From assembly GCF_963853765.1 (NCBI RefSeq), contig NC_088856.1:32488001-32552000 (forward strand): 64,000 bases of DNA, given 5' to 3'. Shown one piece after another: positions 31,182-44,613 of the stretch (position 1 is its first letter; each line of letters starts with the position of its first letter). Under the pieces are notes generated by a model, which made no database searches, was not told the origin of the DNA, and saw only the letters and a program-made list of their open reading frames with translations. The position numbers were made by a program, and so were the translations under genes. The DNA comes from Magallana gigas. Its lineage: Eukaryota.

Positions 31182-34100
31182 ATGCCTCCCAGGAAAAGAT
31201 CAGTGAATGTAGAGGGCAGTCCAAAAGTATATTTTGACATTGATGATGTTTCCTGGAGGATTAAGTCTGAGGTTGTAGATGAGGCTGAACCAACCGGAGT
31301 TCCATGTAGTCCTGGAAAATCCCCATACTCTCTCAGGAACTCTCCAAGACTCCCACAGATTGTACCATCGGAAGAAGAGGTAACTGGTTATAAACTTGTA
31401 AAACTTGTAAAAAAGCCTTGGATTTTTGTATAAACAAGATTTTAAAAAGAAAATTTAAAGTAGAATTCCTCTAATCTAAAGTCTGTACATCTGACATTGA
31501 AAAAGGTCAAAACAGGAGAATCATTAGATAGCATTCTTGGTACCTTACATTGTATCTGTATGTGAGGGAATTATTTTGTTCAGGCATTGGAGAGTTCCGA
31601 TGGAGACTTCCTGTCATCTTCCGATGAGTACCAGCCAGAATCTGATGGTGACCAGTCGGAAAGTGATCCCGGGGACCAGTGGGGTATTGTTCCCGGGGAC
31701 CAGTGGCGTATTGTTCCCGGGGACGAGTCGGATATTGATCCTGAAGTTGAGTGGGATGAGACGGATGACAGCGAGTTGGAGTGGACAGATGTCAAAACTG
31801 AACCGGGCAGTGGACTGGTAAATATGAAAAACAAAGTTGTCTCAGTAGCCTTAATTTTATATGTAGATTTATAGTCAACACATATATTAAAAAAGTAGTT
31901 TTCTTTTAGGGTGTCAGATACTGTGATTTGATTAATAATGGTAATGTTTGGGATTTATGGATTTTAAAAATATTCAAATTTCAAGGATCATAGATTTGAG
32001 ATAAATCCTTACAAATAAGATTGTTTTTCATGTTTTTTACTTGATGAGCATTTGATTTTGACAACATATTTCCACAGTACTGTACTGGTGTTCAATGAAT
32101 ATATTCATGAAACCACAGAAGAAGAAAATTGACTTTAGTAATAAATTGACTTTAATTAATCTGAAAGGGTCTTTATTCTGTCTAGCAGTATAATTACATA
32201 CAGTTGATTTGCTGTAAATTATCTAATCATTAGTGAAAATGTAAGTAACCTTTTTAATTATAGGTTCGTTGTGAAAGCGAGGACAGAATAATCTACCCAA
32301 GAGTGTCAAGAAAATCCCTTGAATCTCAGAAGGAGAAGGTACGATAACTTCTTTCTTTACTTTTATTTGTCTCGATTAATTGCCACAAAACAGTTGTTTA
32401 TTTCATTTGGTAAATAAAGATAATAATGTAGTCAGTGTACATGTATATCAATTCAATAATCCCAGTGATTCAAAAACGGTACAAATGGAGTGCAACTGTC
32501 GTTGAATAATCATACCAAATGGACCAAATCAGCCTGTTCAGTGCCTGGTTCTTTTGTTACAGGTATCAAGAAATCGTCGAACCAATGAAGTATCATCTCG
32601 TCAAATGTCCCTGAGGTCATCAGGCTTGAGAACCAGGTCAAATAAGGTCAGGTCGATCAAAGCAAGTGAAAAAGACTCACAACTAAGATTAACCTTTGTG
32701 AAAGCAGAGTTATTTCTCATGGATTAATTAATTTGTTCACTTCATTGTTTACTCCATATTTATCAACCAAATTTAATCCCCATGAAATTGCATGTAGTTA
32801 AGAACGCAGTGACAATGAAGTTTAAAAATAGTTCTATCTGAAATTTTCACTTTCATGTTATATCACCTTAATTTTTAAAAAAGTATCTAATTAATATTAC
32901 AATAAAATTTAATTTTTTTTTGGAGAGGGTACTTCTAGGGAATGAAAACATGTATATATTGATCTTCTGTTGGTTTTTTTGCAATTTATGTATCTCATTT
33001 ATAGGTATATACAGCAAAGTTGATGCATTCAAGAGAGAAGTCATCCAAAAACAGAAAAGCAAGATTTCAGGTAAATGCTTTTTAAAATTCAGTGGGTTTT
33101 TTGCTTTGCAATCATTGGTCTACAATATGATGCACGACCAATATCTTAATGCTATTATATAAAGTCAAACTTCATTCACAAATTGACTGTGACAAGTTAA
33201 TGGACTCTACGAATTTAAGGTCAGTAAGTCAAAGGTCACTTAGATGGATTATATATCAAACACATTTTTCATGATTTTATTTTGCAAAACTGAGCAAATA
33301 CTGTCACTCCACACAAAAATAAATGTTTAAAAAGAATGAATTACTAAATATGAATAGAAACTACATGTATTTGGTAACCGAAATTGGATCAAATGCAACT
33401 TACAGATTAAACAAATCTATTATTTTATTTTAGTGTTAAAGAATGTTTTAGAGAATATTTGGATCACAAAATTACATTATACATTTTAGGTTGCAGTTCA
33501 ATCTATTTTACATTAATGGGCATATCACTCATTCTGCAAATACCGGTAAACATTGTGGAATTAGGTTCTTCAATGTGCAGTTTAAAGAGGTTCCTTGATA
33601 TTTCTTTATTTTTACATTTACAGAGTAAGCATCAGAATCAAAACACAACTATACAACATGAAGAAAATGATCAAAGAAAGAGTAAATGGGATGAGAATGC
33701 CACACAAATGTTAGATGAAATGTCAGAGTCCTCTATGGGGGACCATGATGTGGATGAGATGGAGGATAACCCCAGCAAGGAACACCACAGATCTGAGAAG
33801 GGTATGGGACCAAACCAAGGTAGAAGGACAGCCGATTCCTCTGATGTTCTGGGCCAGCAGCACAGTGAAGATCCTTGGGAAGAAGATGGAGAACTGGAGG
33901 AAAGCGGCCCTGAGCAACCTCAGGAGAACAACATGGAGAAACTACCTAAGAGACGATCAAAGGCATCACCTGCCATAGAATTGTTGTCATACAGTGGAAA
34001 GATCTCCATTCTTGTGCGCAAAACATTAACCAGGCATGAAAGAAAGACCTGGTGTCTGTTTTGTGGCAGAAAGGTGTTCCAGCTGACTCTCCATCTACAG

Positions 34101-37100
34101 TGCAAACACCCTAAGGAGAGAGAGGTTGTAGAGATGAAAAAGTACGGTATAAACACAAAGCTTAGGAAAAAAAGATTACAGGCCATCTTTGACAAGGGTC
34201 TGTGTCGACACAATGACAAGATTATTGAGGCAGGCAAGGGGACCCTGATCCCTCTGAGGCGCCCCCTCAACACAGAGGGTCTGACAGTAGACCAGTTCTG
34301 TCAAGGGTGCTATGTCTTTGTGGATAAGAATTTTGTGGAGACTCATAAAATGTCCTGTAGAGGGCAGAATGTGGAGACCATGGATAAGCAGGTAGAATGG
34401 GTTTTGTTTTTTTTTACAGTAAAAGTGGTTATTTACGCATGGGGGAAATTTACATTAATTACGCAGTAAGCCTAAAATACCTTTACTCGTATGGTAAAAA
34501 AAAATTAACTTTAGAGTAGTACTGGTAAAGAACACATCCACGTATTTTATACCCATGTATAGTGTTTGACCATAGAAAACGGGTACTAGACCACCAGTGT
34601 AAAAAAACACTTTTACGATATTATGTATAGAGCTCTGTAATGAAATGAAATATCAATATGTAGCAATATCATATGTAGACCATGTAACTTTGTGTTGAAA
34701 CAAAATATCAATGTGTTACAATATTCAGTACATTGGGGTGTAACTTGTTACAGGGAAATGAGAAATCTGATGTGGAGGAAGAACCACGTCGGAACTTTTT
34801 GAGCATCACTGATGACATGATAAACACTTTACGGGAAAAGCTCAAGCAAATCTCGAAGAATGGACAGATAAAGGTCATAGAGGATAAACAGCGCAATGGT
34901 GGTATAATCTGTGCCTATTGTCATATCACCCCCTGCCACTTCTCACGACACATAGAGAGGAAACACTCGAGAGAGCCGATGGTAAAGGAAGTTCTCGGTC
35001 ACCCCATTGGTTCCCAAGAGAGAAAGACAGGGTGGACGAAACTGAGGAACACTTGCCATTTCTTCCACAATAAGTCTGTGCTGGAGGCAGGGTCCGGGGA
35101 GCTGGTGATTGGCTACGTACAAGCCAATCAGAGCAAGGACCCCAGTCTGCTGGATGTTTGTGACAGCTGCTATGGACTATTTTGGTGTCTGCAGTCTCAT
35201 ATCAGAAGATGTCAGAAACAACTGCTCGCTCAGGTAAGGATACAATCTTTTTTTCTTCTTCAAAATCATCTTGGTATTGGTGATTCTGTAATCAGCCATT
35301 ATGTTAAAGAAAGATGTTTCAATATTTTTTAAAACTGATTATGTATGGCTGTTGCTGTTTGGCTCCATTTCTCACTCTGATGTGAATATTTACTGTAGGC
35401 CAAGAAAAAAACTTGTGAGTGTATGTTAGTCAGATCTGCAGACACAGAGAATTCTAAAGATGGATCCCCTTCTAACCAAGCAGACGACACAGATGGAACT
35501 GATGGACCAACCAAGACGGGCGACTCAGGTGCTGGAATTCAATGGCAGAAGAGATCAGATGGAAAAAAGAAATATCGCAAGATCAACTGTTGTGTGTACT
35601 GTCAAACTCCTCAATACAAGATGTCCAAGCACTATGTGGAGAAGCATGGGGCGAAGGAAGAAGTTCAGAAAGCTATGAAGTATCCCAAACGGTCCAGAGG
35701 AAGAAGAGACATCTTCTCCATGTTGATATTAAAAGGCAACAATGAACACAACAAGAGAGTCCTACAGCGAGGACAGGGAACATTGATACCTCCCAGGAAA
35801 CTCCAGGAAGAGCCAGACCAGACTACGGAAGAGAACCTCTTTTCATATTGCTCTCTGTGTTTCGCTCGAGTACATAGTGTTAGTATGTGGGCCCACATGA
35901 AAAGACATCGAATGTCAGAGCAAAAAACACCTCAGGTAAACAAGAAACAATAGTCATTTAAGTATTTGCCCTTCGACCTGTGAATTTTAAAGGGAAATTC
36001 TTATATTCTGATGACCCAAGACTTTTTCTTGATTCATTTTAGTTCAACATACATTTAATTACAGTATTGATGCTGTTTAGGAATTGCACAAAGTTAATAT
36101 TTGTTTCACTTCCATATACCTGTATATGCAAATATGTGCTGGCTCTTCGTAGGAAACAAAAACAAATGAAGAGGGTGACAGATTGGGACAACATAGCAGA
36201 TGGCTAAGCCTTGGGGAGAAGGATGGATGTATTGAGTCTAGAAGAATCAGAGGAATGGACAATGTCACTGAAGGAAGCAGTCAAATCAACCCCCACCCAC
36301 AGGATATTGACAACCAGGGGATGACAGAGAACTCAACTTCTGAAGCAGATCATCCAAACCTGGAGAGAGAAGAGAGAGTTGAAAACAGACAGGAAGCATG
36401 CAATGGAGAGGAAAAAAACAACAAAATGGAACCCAGCAACATGGAGGAAGCAAGCAACACAGAAGGAGCATGCAAGAGTAGCCAAGGTGATCAGTCAGCC
36501 GTTGGATGTGAGATGGAGGGGGAAAGATGTTCTGTCTCGCAGCCAGTTGAACAGGATGGAGACAGGCCTGAATTTGAGTGCATTGGAAGGGAAACATCAG
36601 ATGAAAGGAAGGCAGAAGTGCAGCCTACCATTATAACAGTATGTTGAGTTGGTTACATGCATAAAACCATTATTACACTAACAGCATTAACTCAGTATTA
36701 TTTTAAAGTGACTTTTAGTGTTGCAGGGATTGACTGCTACATATATGTGCTTTCATTTTACACTGGTCTCCTGGTTTCTTTGGTTTTTGCATGTTGATTA
36801 TTGGAGATTTTTTCCTGTTAGGTTAAAAGAGGCAGCAAGGAAGTACTATCCTCCATGAAATACAGTGCAGACATTTCCATTTTGTTGTCCACCGTCCAGT
36901 CGTTCTGTCCGTACTGTCAGAAGTCCAGCATCAACATGATCAAACATTTACAGCTCCGACACGCCACAGAGAGAGACGTACAGGAGGCCATCAGGATGCC
37001 CATAGAGTTTGAGGCAGGGAAAAAGCTGTGGGCCGACCTAATTAAGAGGGGGAACAGGGAACACAATGACAGAGTGATGCAGGCGGGGGCGGGGGATTTG

Positions 37101-39931
37101 ATCCCCCTAAGGCGAATCCATCGGGCAGCCACCCTCAAGGACTACAACTTCTGCTTCAACTGTTATCTGTTCATCAAGAAAATCAACCACATGCACAAGT
37201 ACTTCTGCAAGAACTCCCGACAGACTTTTGAGGATATTGAGGAGGAGACCCTGGTATGTTACATGTTGCAGTGCAGTTACTGGTAAAAAGTTTCCAATAT
37301 CTTAATGTGATTATGTATGTTCTATGTATTCAGTAAAGGTACTAAGTATTTGTTTTTAGTCAAATATGGGAATACATGTGTAGATAACTTACTACATTTT
37401 GTATATTCAGAGGAAATCTGCAGTTGACAGCAGGCACAACTGCTTCTGTAAAGCAGCAGCAAAGGCTGAAGAAGCGGGAAATTCCACTGATAAAGGACGG
37501 AGAAAAAACACTAGTCCTGCAAAGTTCCATATCAAGTCTGATAGTGCAATAAATTTTGATCAATTCAAAAACATGGAGAAGATGAAGGTCAGCAAAAGCC
37601 AGTGTTGTCTGTACTGCCAGAAGTTGTTGGTACGAATGGCTGTCCACTTGACATTGGCCCACTCGGATCAGCGGGAGGTACAGGAGGCTCTGCGTCATCC
37701 CAAGAAATCTCCGGAGCGGCGTCGGTTGTTCCTTGTCTTGCTAAGGAGGGGTAACTACAAACACAACAAACGAATCTCCCACCTGGGCAGCGGTTTCATG
37801 ATCCCGGTGTCGCTGCATCGACAGAGATTCGGTGACCATGGGAAGTATACACATTGTGAAGTGTGTCTTGGGCTGTTCTCCACAAGGGGTCTGAAAAAAC
37901 ACATGGAGAGCCATCACAATGAACCGGCCATTACAGAGAGTACTCAGGTAAGTTATAAACGAGATAGTGGAAATGATAGAATAACAGAAATATCCTGAAA
38001 TTCTATAGCATACCGGATTAACTGAAGTATTCTGGCACTACAGTACCGATACATATAAAAATGACAGCAAGTAGATTTTGTCTACATCTATACAAAAGAG
38101 AAATCTAATATTAAAAATAATGGAATAAGTATAATCCTTTTTCACTAAAGTAGGTAAAATTAGTTTTTTATTCGACTATGTGTACATGTATTTGACAATT
38201 GACTAAAATATTCAATAATTTTTCCTCAAAATTCCTAAGAATGGGTGTTAACAAAGAAGTTTATTTTCAATTTTCTCATTTTTAACAAAAAACCTTGTTC
38301 TAAAATTTGAGTGAAAGTGTTCAATACATATGTACAGTGTTCTGACCTCTATTGTTTCAACCATTTGAAAATACTGAAACGATCTTTACCACACAGGGTC
38401 TTTTCAATAAAGAAGGAAGTCAGAAGTCAAAACTACTCCCTCCAAGATCAGCCAGCAGAAAAGTAAGACTTATTATAAACTGCTCTGTTGCATTCATCCA
38501 CATTTTTCATGTATCATTTGAACTTTGATTAAAATAGTTACTTAATTATAGAATCACTTTCATGTGGCATTCCAATTTTGTTGTTAAAAATTGTTGTTGA
38601 TAAATATTATAGATGCATTGGTATGTGTGATGGCTTTTAGCAAGCTATGCCATAGTTAACTTGACACTAATTTTTCCTTAGGTTAAAGACTTAATACATA
38701 ATGAGGCCAGTGGAGAGATGCCAGATGAGATTGCGGAATCCTCAGATGAGGAATGGGACAGGGCAGAGTTCCGACGATTACAGCGAGCCAAACACCGGCG
38801 ACTCCAGAAACGGAAACTCTCACAAAGAGAAGACCAGTCAGATGATAGAGCAGGGCAAGACAATGCCGCAGAAGATGTGGCTACAAAACAGGACACGGCA
38901 TCAACCAAACAGGGCCCCACAAAGGGTTAGTCCCATATTTATATCCCCTACCTACACCAAAAAAGTTCCTTTTCTAGTTTTATTCAAGAGTTCTGGTCAC
39001 AATTTGAGCTGAAAAATTTATCTTTTAAATCTTGACCATGAATTAAGTCTGGACAGTTATTTCAGGCAACTTTGCTATGTAATTTTTTGATAAAAAAAAA
39101 AATGTTGGAGATGACTTGTAAATCTTTTGTTTATTTTAGAAAAGAAAAGAAAGGTGGCAAGGAAGGGTGTCAAACTTTGGAGTGATGAGGAGATGGCGGC
39201 CATTGACAGCTTCTTCAGTAAACACATCGAGGATCTCAGGGTTCCTGGCAAGGAACAGTGCGAGGCTGCCAAGCAGAAGTTTCCCGAGGCTCTGAAGAGG
39301 CGGGACTGGAAAGGCATCAAGTTCTGTGTGTACAACAAAATTCAGACCAAGAAAAAACAAGGTATAACTTATACCGCTTTATTATATGTGAGAACTTAGA
39401 AAAGATTTTATACTATTTTGTAAATGATTTAAAAGAAAAGAGAAATCGTGATTCAGCTTGATTCTGACTACTATATTAATACAAACATCTTTGCTAACTT
39501 TTGGTGTTATTCTGCCTTCACCATTTTTCAAAACATAGAGAGGAGCAGATCATCAGTTTTGACCTTCCGACAAAATAGAACTCTTCTGTAGAGAAGATAA
39601 AAACTATCTCAAGAGATTTTTTACCTATACATGTATTCTTTTTCTTATATGGATGAAATTTTATGTTGTTCAAAAAACTTTTGATACAGAGAGGAGGGAG
39701 AAGGGGGATGAGAAGAGCTCAGATAAGTGTCCCTGGACCCAGCCTGAGGTGTGTGCGGTGGAGAAACACATGCAGTCCTTCATCAATGACCTGGTCACGC
39801 CAGGCAAGCTGGACTGTTTACAGGTGAAGCGCAGGTGTGGGGCGGTACTCAGGGGCCGCTCCTGGAAACAGATCAAGTTCTACGTGTACAACCGCATCCT
39901 GAAGCGACGCAGGATGCAGAGTACTGAATGA
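31182..39931 (+). CDS. Large predicted nuclear protein with five tandem Cys/His zinc-binding modules and two C-terminal Myb/SANT-like domains (15 exons)
   Basis: Intact frame across 15 GT-AG exons. Module CxxC-x9-H-x4-H...GNxxHNxxV...G.G.LIP...CxxC...H in exons 33624-34391, 34754-35233, 35399-35935, 36822-37253 and 37411-37947. Two W(S/T)xxE..A......VxPGK..C......R.WK.IKFxVYN domains at about 39140-39361 and 39690-39931. Confidence 0.85.
31668..31740 (+). repeat. Coding 24-bp tandem repeat x3 (PGDQWxIV)
   Basis: CCCGGGGACCAGTGGGGTATTGTT / CCCGGGGACCAGTGGCGTATTGTT / CCCGGGGACGAGTCGGATATTGAT. Confidence 0.9.
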
Positions 39932-40198
39932 GGGTCTGATAGACAACTCATTGTAAAAACTTGCAATTGTAAGAATTTTTGAACAGGAATTTTTCTTTTT
40001 TTACATGAGGAACATGTAGTTTTTATTTGTTGTTGTTTATGAAGACAGATGTATTTGTATTTTAATTACCAAAGACTCAGGAAAGTTTTGCCCATTGAAG
40101 TGTTCAGTTATTTGCCATTTCCTTTTTTCATTTTACATACATGTATATAAAACGCATTCAATTATTGGTGTCTCACTATGTGTTTAATTTTTTCTCAT

Positions 40199-40290
40199 TT
40201 TTAACATATTTTTCTAGACTTGCCATCATTTTAAACATATTTTTCTAGACTTGCCATCATTTTTAACATATTTTGCGAGACTTGCCATAA
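40199..40290. repeat. ~31-bp tandem repeat x3
   Basis: TTTTAACATATTTTTCTAGACTTGCCATCA repeated three times between two convergent stop codons. Confidence 0.85.
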
Positions 40291-40418
40291 ACGCAATAGG
40301 ATTTCATCCTGAGATTGTGAAGATTTTATATACAGTATGTATCACATCATGGTGTATTGAATGACAAATTGCATGTGATACAGTATCTTTTGGTTTGATA
40401 TAATAAATTCAAATATTG

Positions 40419-42631
40419 TCAGTTCTTCTTGTCCAGCAGTTCCTTGAGCATCTGTTCACACATCATCAAGTATCGGGGGACATGGAAACATCCTGAAAAA
40501 TATCAAAAATATTTTCAAAACACAACATGTCATGTATGTATTATACTTCATATTATCTCACAAAGGGCGTGCCTTGGGACCTTGGCATGCCATTCCATAA
40601 AGAATAAATGTCAGGACTCTGTTGGCGTCCATTACCTTTCCATGGTCCACCCTTGAAATCCATGCTGACAGAACCATCTTTTCTCAGATATCCAAACCAC
40701 TCACCATTTTCCTCATCAACAAACTGCAAAAAAACATCAAAGGATTGTACAAAAGAAAATGTGATCGATATTAACCCCCCTTTTAAAAAATTATAAACAG
40801 AAATTGACTTTTACATGTGAGTAGCTGTAGTCAAATATTTGAGCGAATCTGTCTAGATGCCTCTTGTCCTTAGTTTCCTTGTACGCCATGAGGAAGGCGA
40901 TCAGAGCCTCGTTATGGGCCCACCAAAGCTTCATGTCCCACTCCAACTGTACGGGGCTCCATCCGTCTGCGTCCAGGAAGTAGTACAGACCGCCATGTTG
41001 CTTGTCCCAGCCGTACTCAAACGGTCGCTCCATGAAGCTCTGGATGGCCGTCTGCTTCAGCGCCTGGTCCCCCGACCGTGTGGCGTGACGTAACAGGAAC
41101 CAGCCAGCCTCGATCGAGTGGCCTGGAGAAATAAAGAACTGCTTTGTTAGTATCTTCAAGACTTCCGGCTAGATAGTACTTTACCAAGCATTTAGCTGGC
41201 CTTTCTATTATCACATCTGTACCTGGTAACATCAGCCGCCCTGCGCTCCCACCCATCTCCTTGCCGTCGTTAGTGGTCGTCTCCAGAATCACCGTCCCTT
41301 CTCTCTGAAAAAACAATAATATTGAGAGGTAACAAAAATAAATACATCAAAAATAACATTCACTAAAACCCAGCTAACACTGAATGAATAGTTTGCAAGT
41401 CCATTATGCATTTCACCTGGACGTGCTTCATGGCGTCTTTGATGGCCCAGTCTGTCAGATCGTCGTAGTTGAGGCTAGGGTCCATGGTCTTCAGCTGTTC
41501 GATGACACAGAGGGTCATCATAGGGATGGCCAGCGAGCTGATTGGTCGGTGTCCTGGCAACTTGTCGATACCCAGACCCTCTCCGTGCGACTGTATCCAA
41601 CCAGTTATTTTCTCCATCATCGTTATGGCCTCTTTCTACCAAGAACAGACAACAACCAGACATTGTATTGTATTGTATTTTTGAATGTCATTTACATTTC
41701 CTTTAAATAAGAACAAGTGCTATAAGTGTACCTTATATTTCTCGACTCCCGTCGCTCTTCCTACTTCCGACATTGCCATCAGATAGAAGCACTCGGAGAA
41801 AAGACTTCTCTGGATTTTGATTGCCTTCCCATCTCTTGTGACCACCAAGGAACATTTGTACGTGTTGGGATCCCTGACATTCTGCATCAAAAACTCAGCT
41901 CCTGCAACGAACAAACGATTATCTCGCCAGTCAGACGACTTCTTATTGTTGACCACCATGGTCAAAATGCTGGTATGTCTTACCTTTGACGGCTTCTTGG
42001 AGCAAGTCCTCATCCCTGAATCTTTCGACATCATTGTACAAACGAGCATACATCCAAACCTTTATAAAATACAATAGAAACAATTTCAAATACTGAATAG
42101 CGGGTTATATTGGTAATGTTATAATTTTGGTGATTATGAATTAAAACTATGGAAATTGCAAATAATTATATTCAATGGAAATTATACCAAATATCTTAGA
42201 ATCGTCAAAATTTTTCTGCAATATCGCTTTACGGTATATAAATTTAAAAATGAACAATGACTCCTAATACTCATAGTACAACGAACATTATTTGGTGATA
42301 AAAACACTTAAAGATAGGCATTAACTGCGTTTGTGCCCTATTGGTGGTAGCAATCTCGTACCTGTCTTGCTTGCAACCAAACGTGCTTTATTTCATCATA
42401 CACTTTTCCATCTTTGCTGAGACAGTTGAAAAAACCACTACAATAAACATTCAACAAACAAAATGTTATTTTGAACACTAGAATAAAAAAAAACAAGAAT
42501 GCTCCCCCTCCCAAAGGCCCTGCCCCGTACCCACATTCCGGGTCCCTGGAGTGCTGCCTCCAGAACTTCACGGTCCTGTCCAGGTCCGCCCTGATTCTGT
42601 CGTAGAATTCCTGGAGGCGACTCTCGCTCAT
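40419..42631 (-). CDS. RENBP: N-acylglucosamine 2-epimerase (renin-binding protein)
   Basis: Motifs [72 protein letters not shown] and KGGPWKGCFHVPR, across about 9 exons. Confidence 0.95.
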
Positions 42632-43409
42632 TCTGTCACACGGTTGTGGAGCGTTCCCGTACAGCGTCAGGTAATCCAGGTGTAGGAGATCCCGTGCTGC
42701 CACAGGTAATCTCGTTGAGATGCCGGTGTAATCTTGTCAATTAATTCTACAAATTTTCAAGTGTTGTTTGTGTTATCTCTGACAACAAACAGAGAGTCGA
42801 TTGGCTGTCATACTCTGGACAGTGAGATATAAACCTTGTGAACTAGGTGTAGGAGAATCTCCAAAAAGACCACAATTTTTTTTTGGGGGGGGGGGGGGGT
42901 AGGGATGGTATTCGGCGCGGGGTTGAGAATGGGGGAGCGTAGAATATATTATTGTTTCAACGATAAAACTTTCACATATTATACCTAAAAGAATGATGAT
43001 AAATATTTATTTTAATGCGGATGGTCCTACTTTTTTTTACCATTACTCAAATGTAGGATTATTCAAACTTCTATTTGTTTATTATGATATATTCTTTATA
43101 TAATGCGTGACGTCAATCAAGGGAATGTGATCAAATGTGTACTGGCTCTTCAATCTATGTAACGTATGGATCAAACATGCGATATTTTGCCGTGGATACC
43201 CTCATTGTTTATAAAAAAAGATTAGACTCGAAGTCAATGCCGTCCTTATTTTCAATCATGGTATCAATTAGTTATCAAAAATGCTCCACCAGAGGAATTT
43301 TCAAAATTTCGATTATTACATGTATATATGGTATTGTCCAATCTTGAATTTTACATTGAAGTCCGCTGAGGCTGTGGGTAGCGTATGCTTAATAATTTAT
43401 TTAAAAATA

Positions 43410-43990
43410 AAATGCTTTCTTTGCATGGTGATTAAGGCGGTAAATGAAGGTAAGCATAAGAAATTTATCATACTTAGTGGATGTATATATTTAAACAATG
43501 AATTGCTTTCTTTGGTGATTCATGCGGCATTTGAAGGTGGCGACATTGCAGAAAAAATACATAATCCGCGTTAGCTTCCTCTACACGCATGAATCATCAA
43601 AGAAAGCGTTTAACTTTTATTGTTTAGATTTACACCTTTCTTTCAAAGAATTAATAAAATGATTGTAAAAAGTGGGTAAAATTAAGTATATTACTGTTAG
43701 TGTGCATCAGTACGTTAGCTAAAAGAAACAGCCAAATCGTCTCCTTTGGGAATTTGAAGTCCAACTTCAATAGTTCGTGATTTTTCTTACGTCGCTATAG
43801 GTTTCGACAAATCGATAAACGGGGCGTATATATTTTAGTTTTGTCAGTTTCAGTCGCTGTAGGTTTCGACCAATCTATAAACGGGGCGTGTAGATTTCAG
43901 AAAATTGGTTTCAGAGCGATGAATTAACGATAAGTTTACGTAAGAAAAAGAGGGAATCACACTTGTTATAGTTATAATAATCAGCCACGC
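43410..43990 (+). repeat. Dispersed repeat copy (family of 2890-3560) with an internal ~60-bp duplication
   Basis: Shares blocks with 2890-3560. GTCGCT.TAGGTTTCGAC.AATC.ATAAACGGGGCGT occurs twice, at about 43792 and 43854. Confidence 0.6.
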
Positions 43991-44613
43991 TTTTTATATA
44001 GTGTCCCTCACACAAAAAAAAATAGATTATTGAGAATAAAAAAAAAATATACATGAATAAAAAATTGATTCTTTTAAATAACCTTAATATTCGTAAAGAA
44101 CTCGATGATACTTACAGAAATCTTTTCAAAAATCATATTTTTGTTTGGGTTGCTCATACTTTCATTTATAATACAGGAAAGTCCGTTCTGGGATTCTGTA
44201 GATTTACAAACCAAGCGCAAAATAAGTGGAGTTACTCCTGTATTTCCCACAGTTTCTGAAGATGTAGCATTGATTATGTCCCCGGTGTTTCATGCATAAA
44301 TCATTCAGAATTAGAGTCATCTAACCTTATCGAGAGTGTTGGAAAATTTTGGTGACTTTATTCTTCTGCGGTAGTCGAAAAGCGACAGTAGAAAATCTAC
44401 GGAAGCGCGGAGCAGTAATAACGACTCTATCTATGGAAATGGCGTGAGTACAGGTATATATCAGGGAAATGTTGTATTTATGTATATTGGTCGAAATGTT
44501 GATGAGTCGAACAAATAGATAATAAAAACTGTTTATATTTTAACAGATAATAACAAAATTTTAAAAACCTTTGCAGAGACTAACAGAAACATATTTTACG
44601 TAGGTTCCGCACC

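Noticed and set aside
44177-44299. Exon-like ORF (ESPFWDSVDLQTKRK...) after an AG acceptor
   Set aside because: No partner exon or homology is recognisable; it may be chance or part of the RENBP-C1orf74 promoter region.
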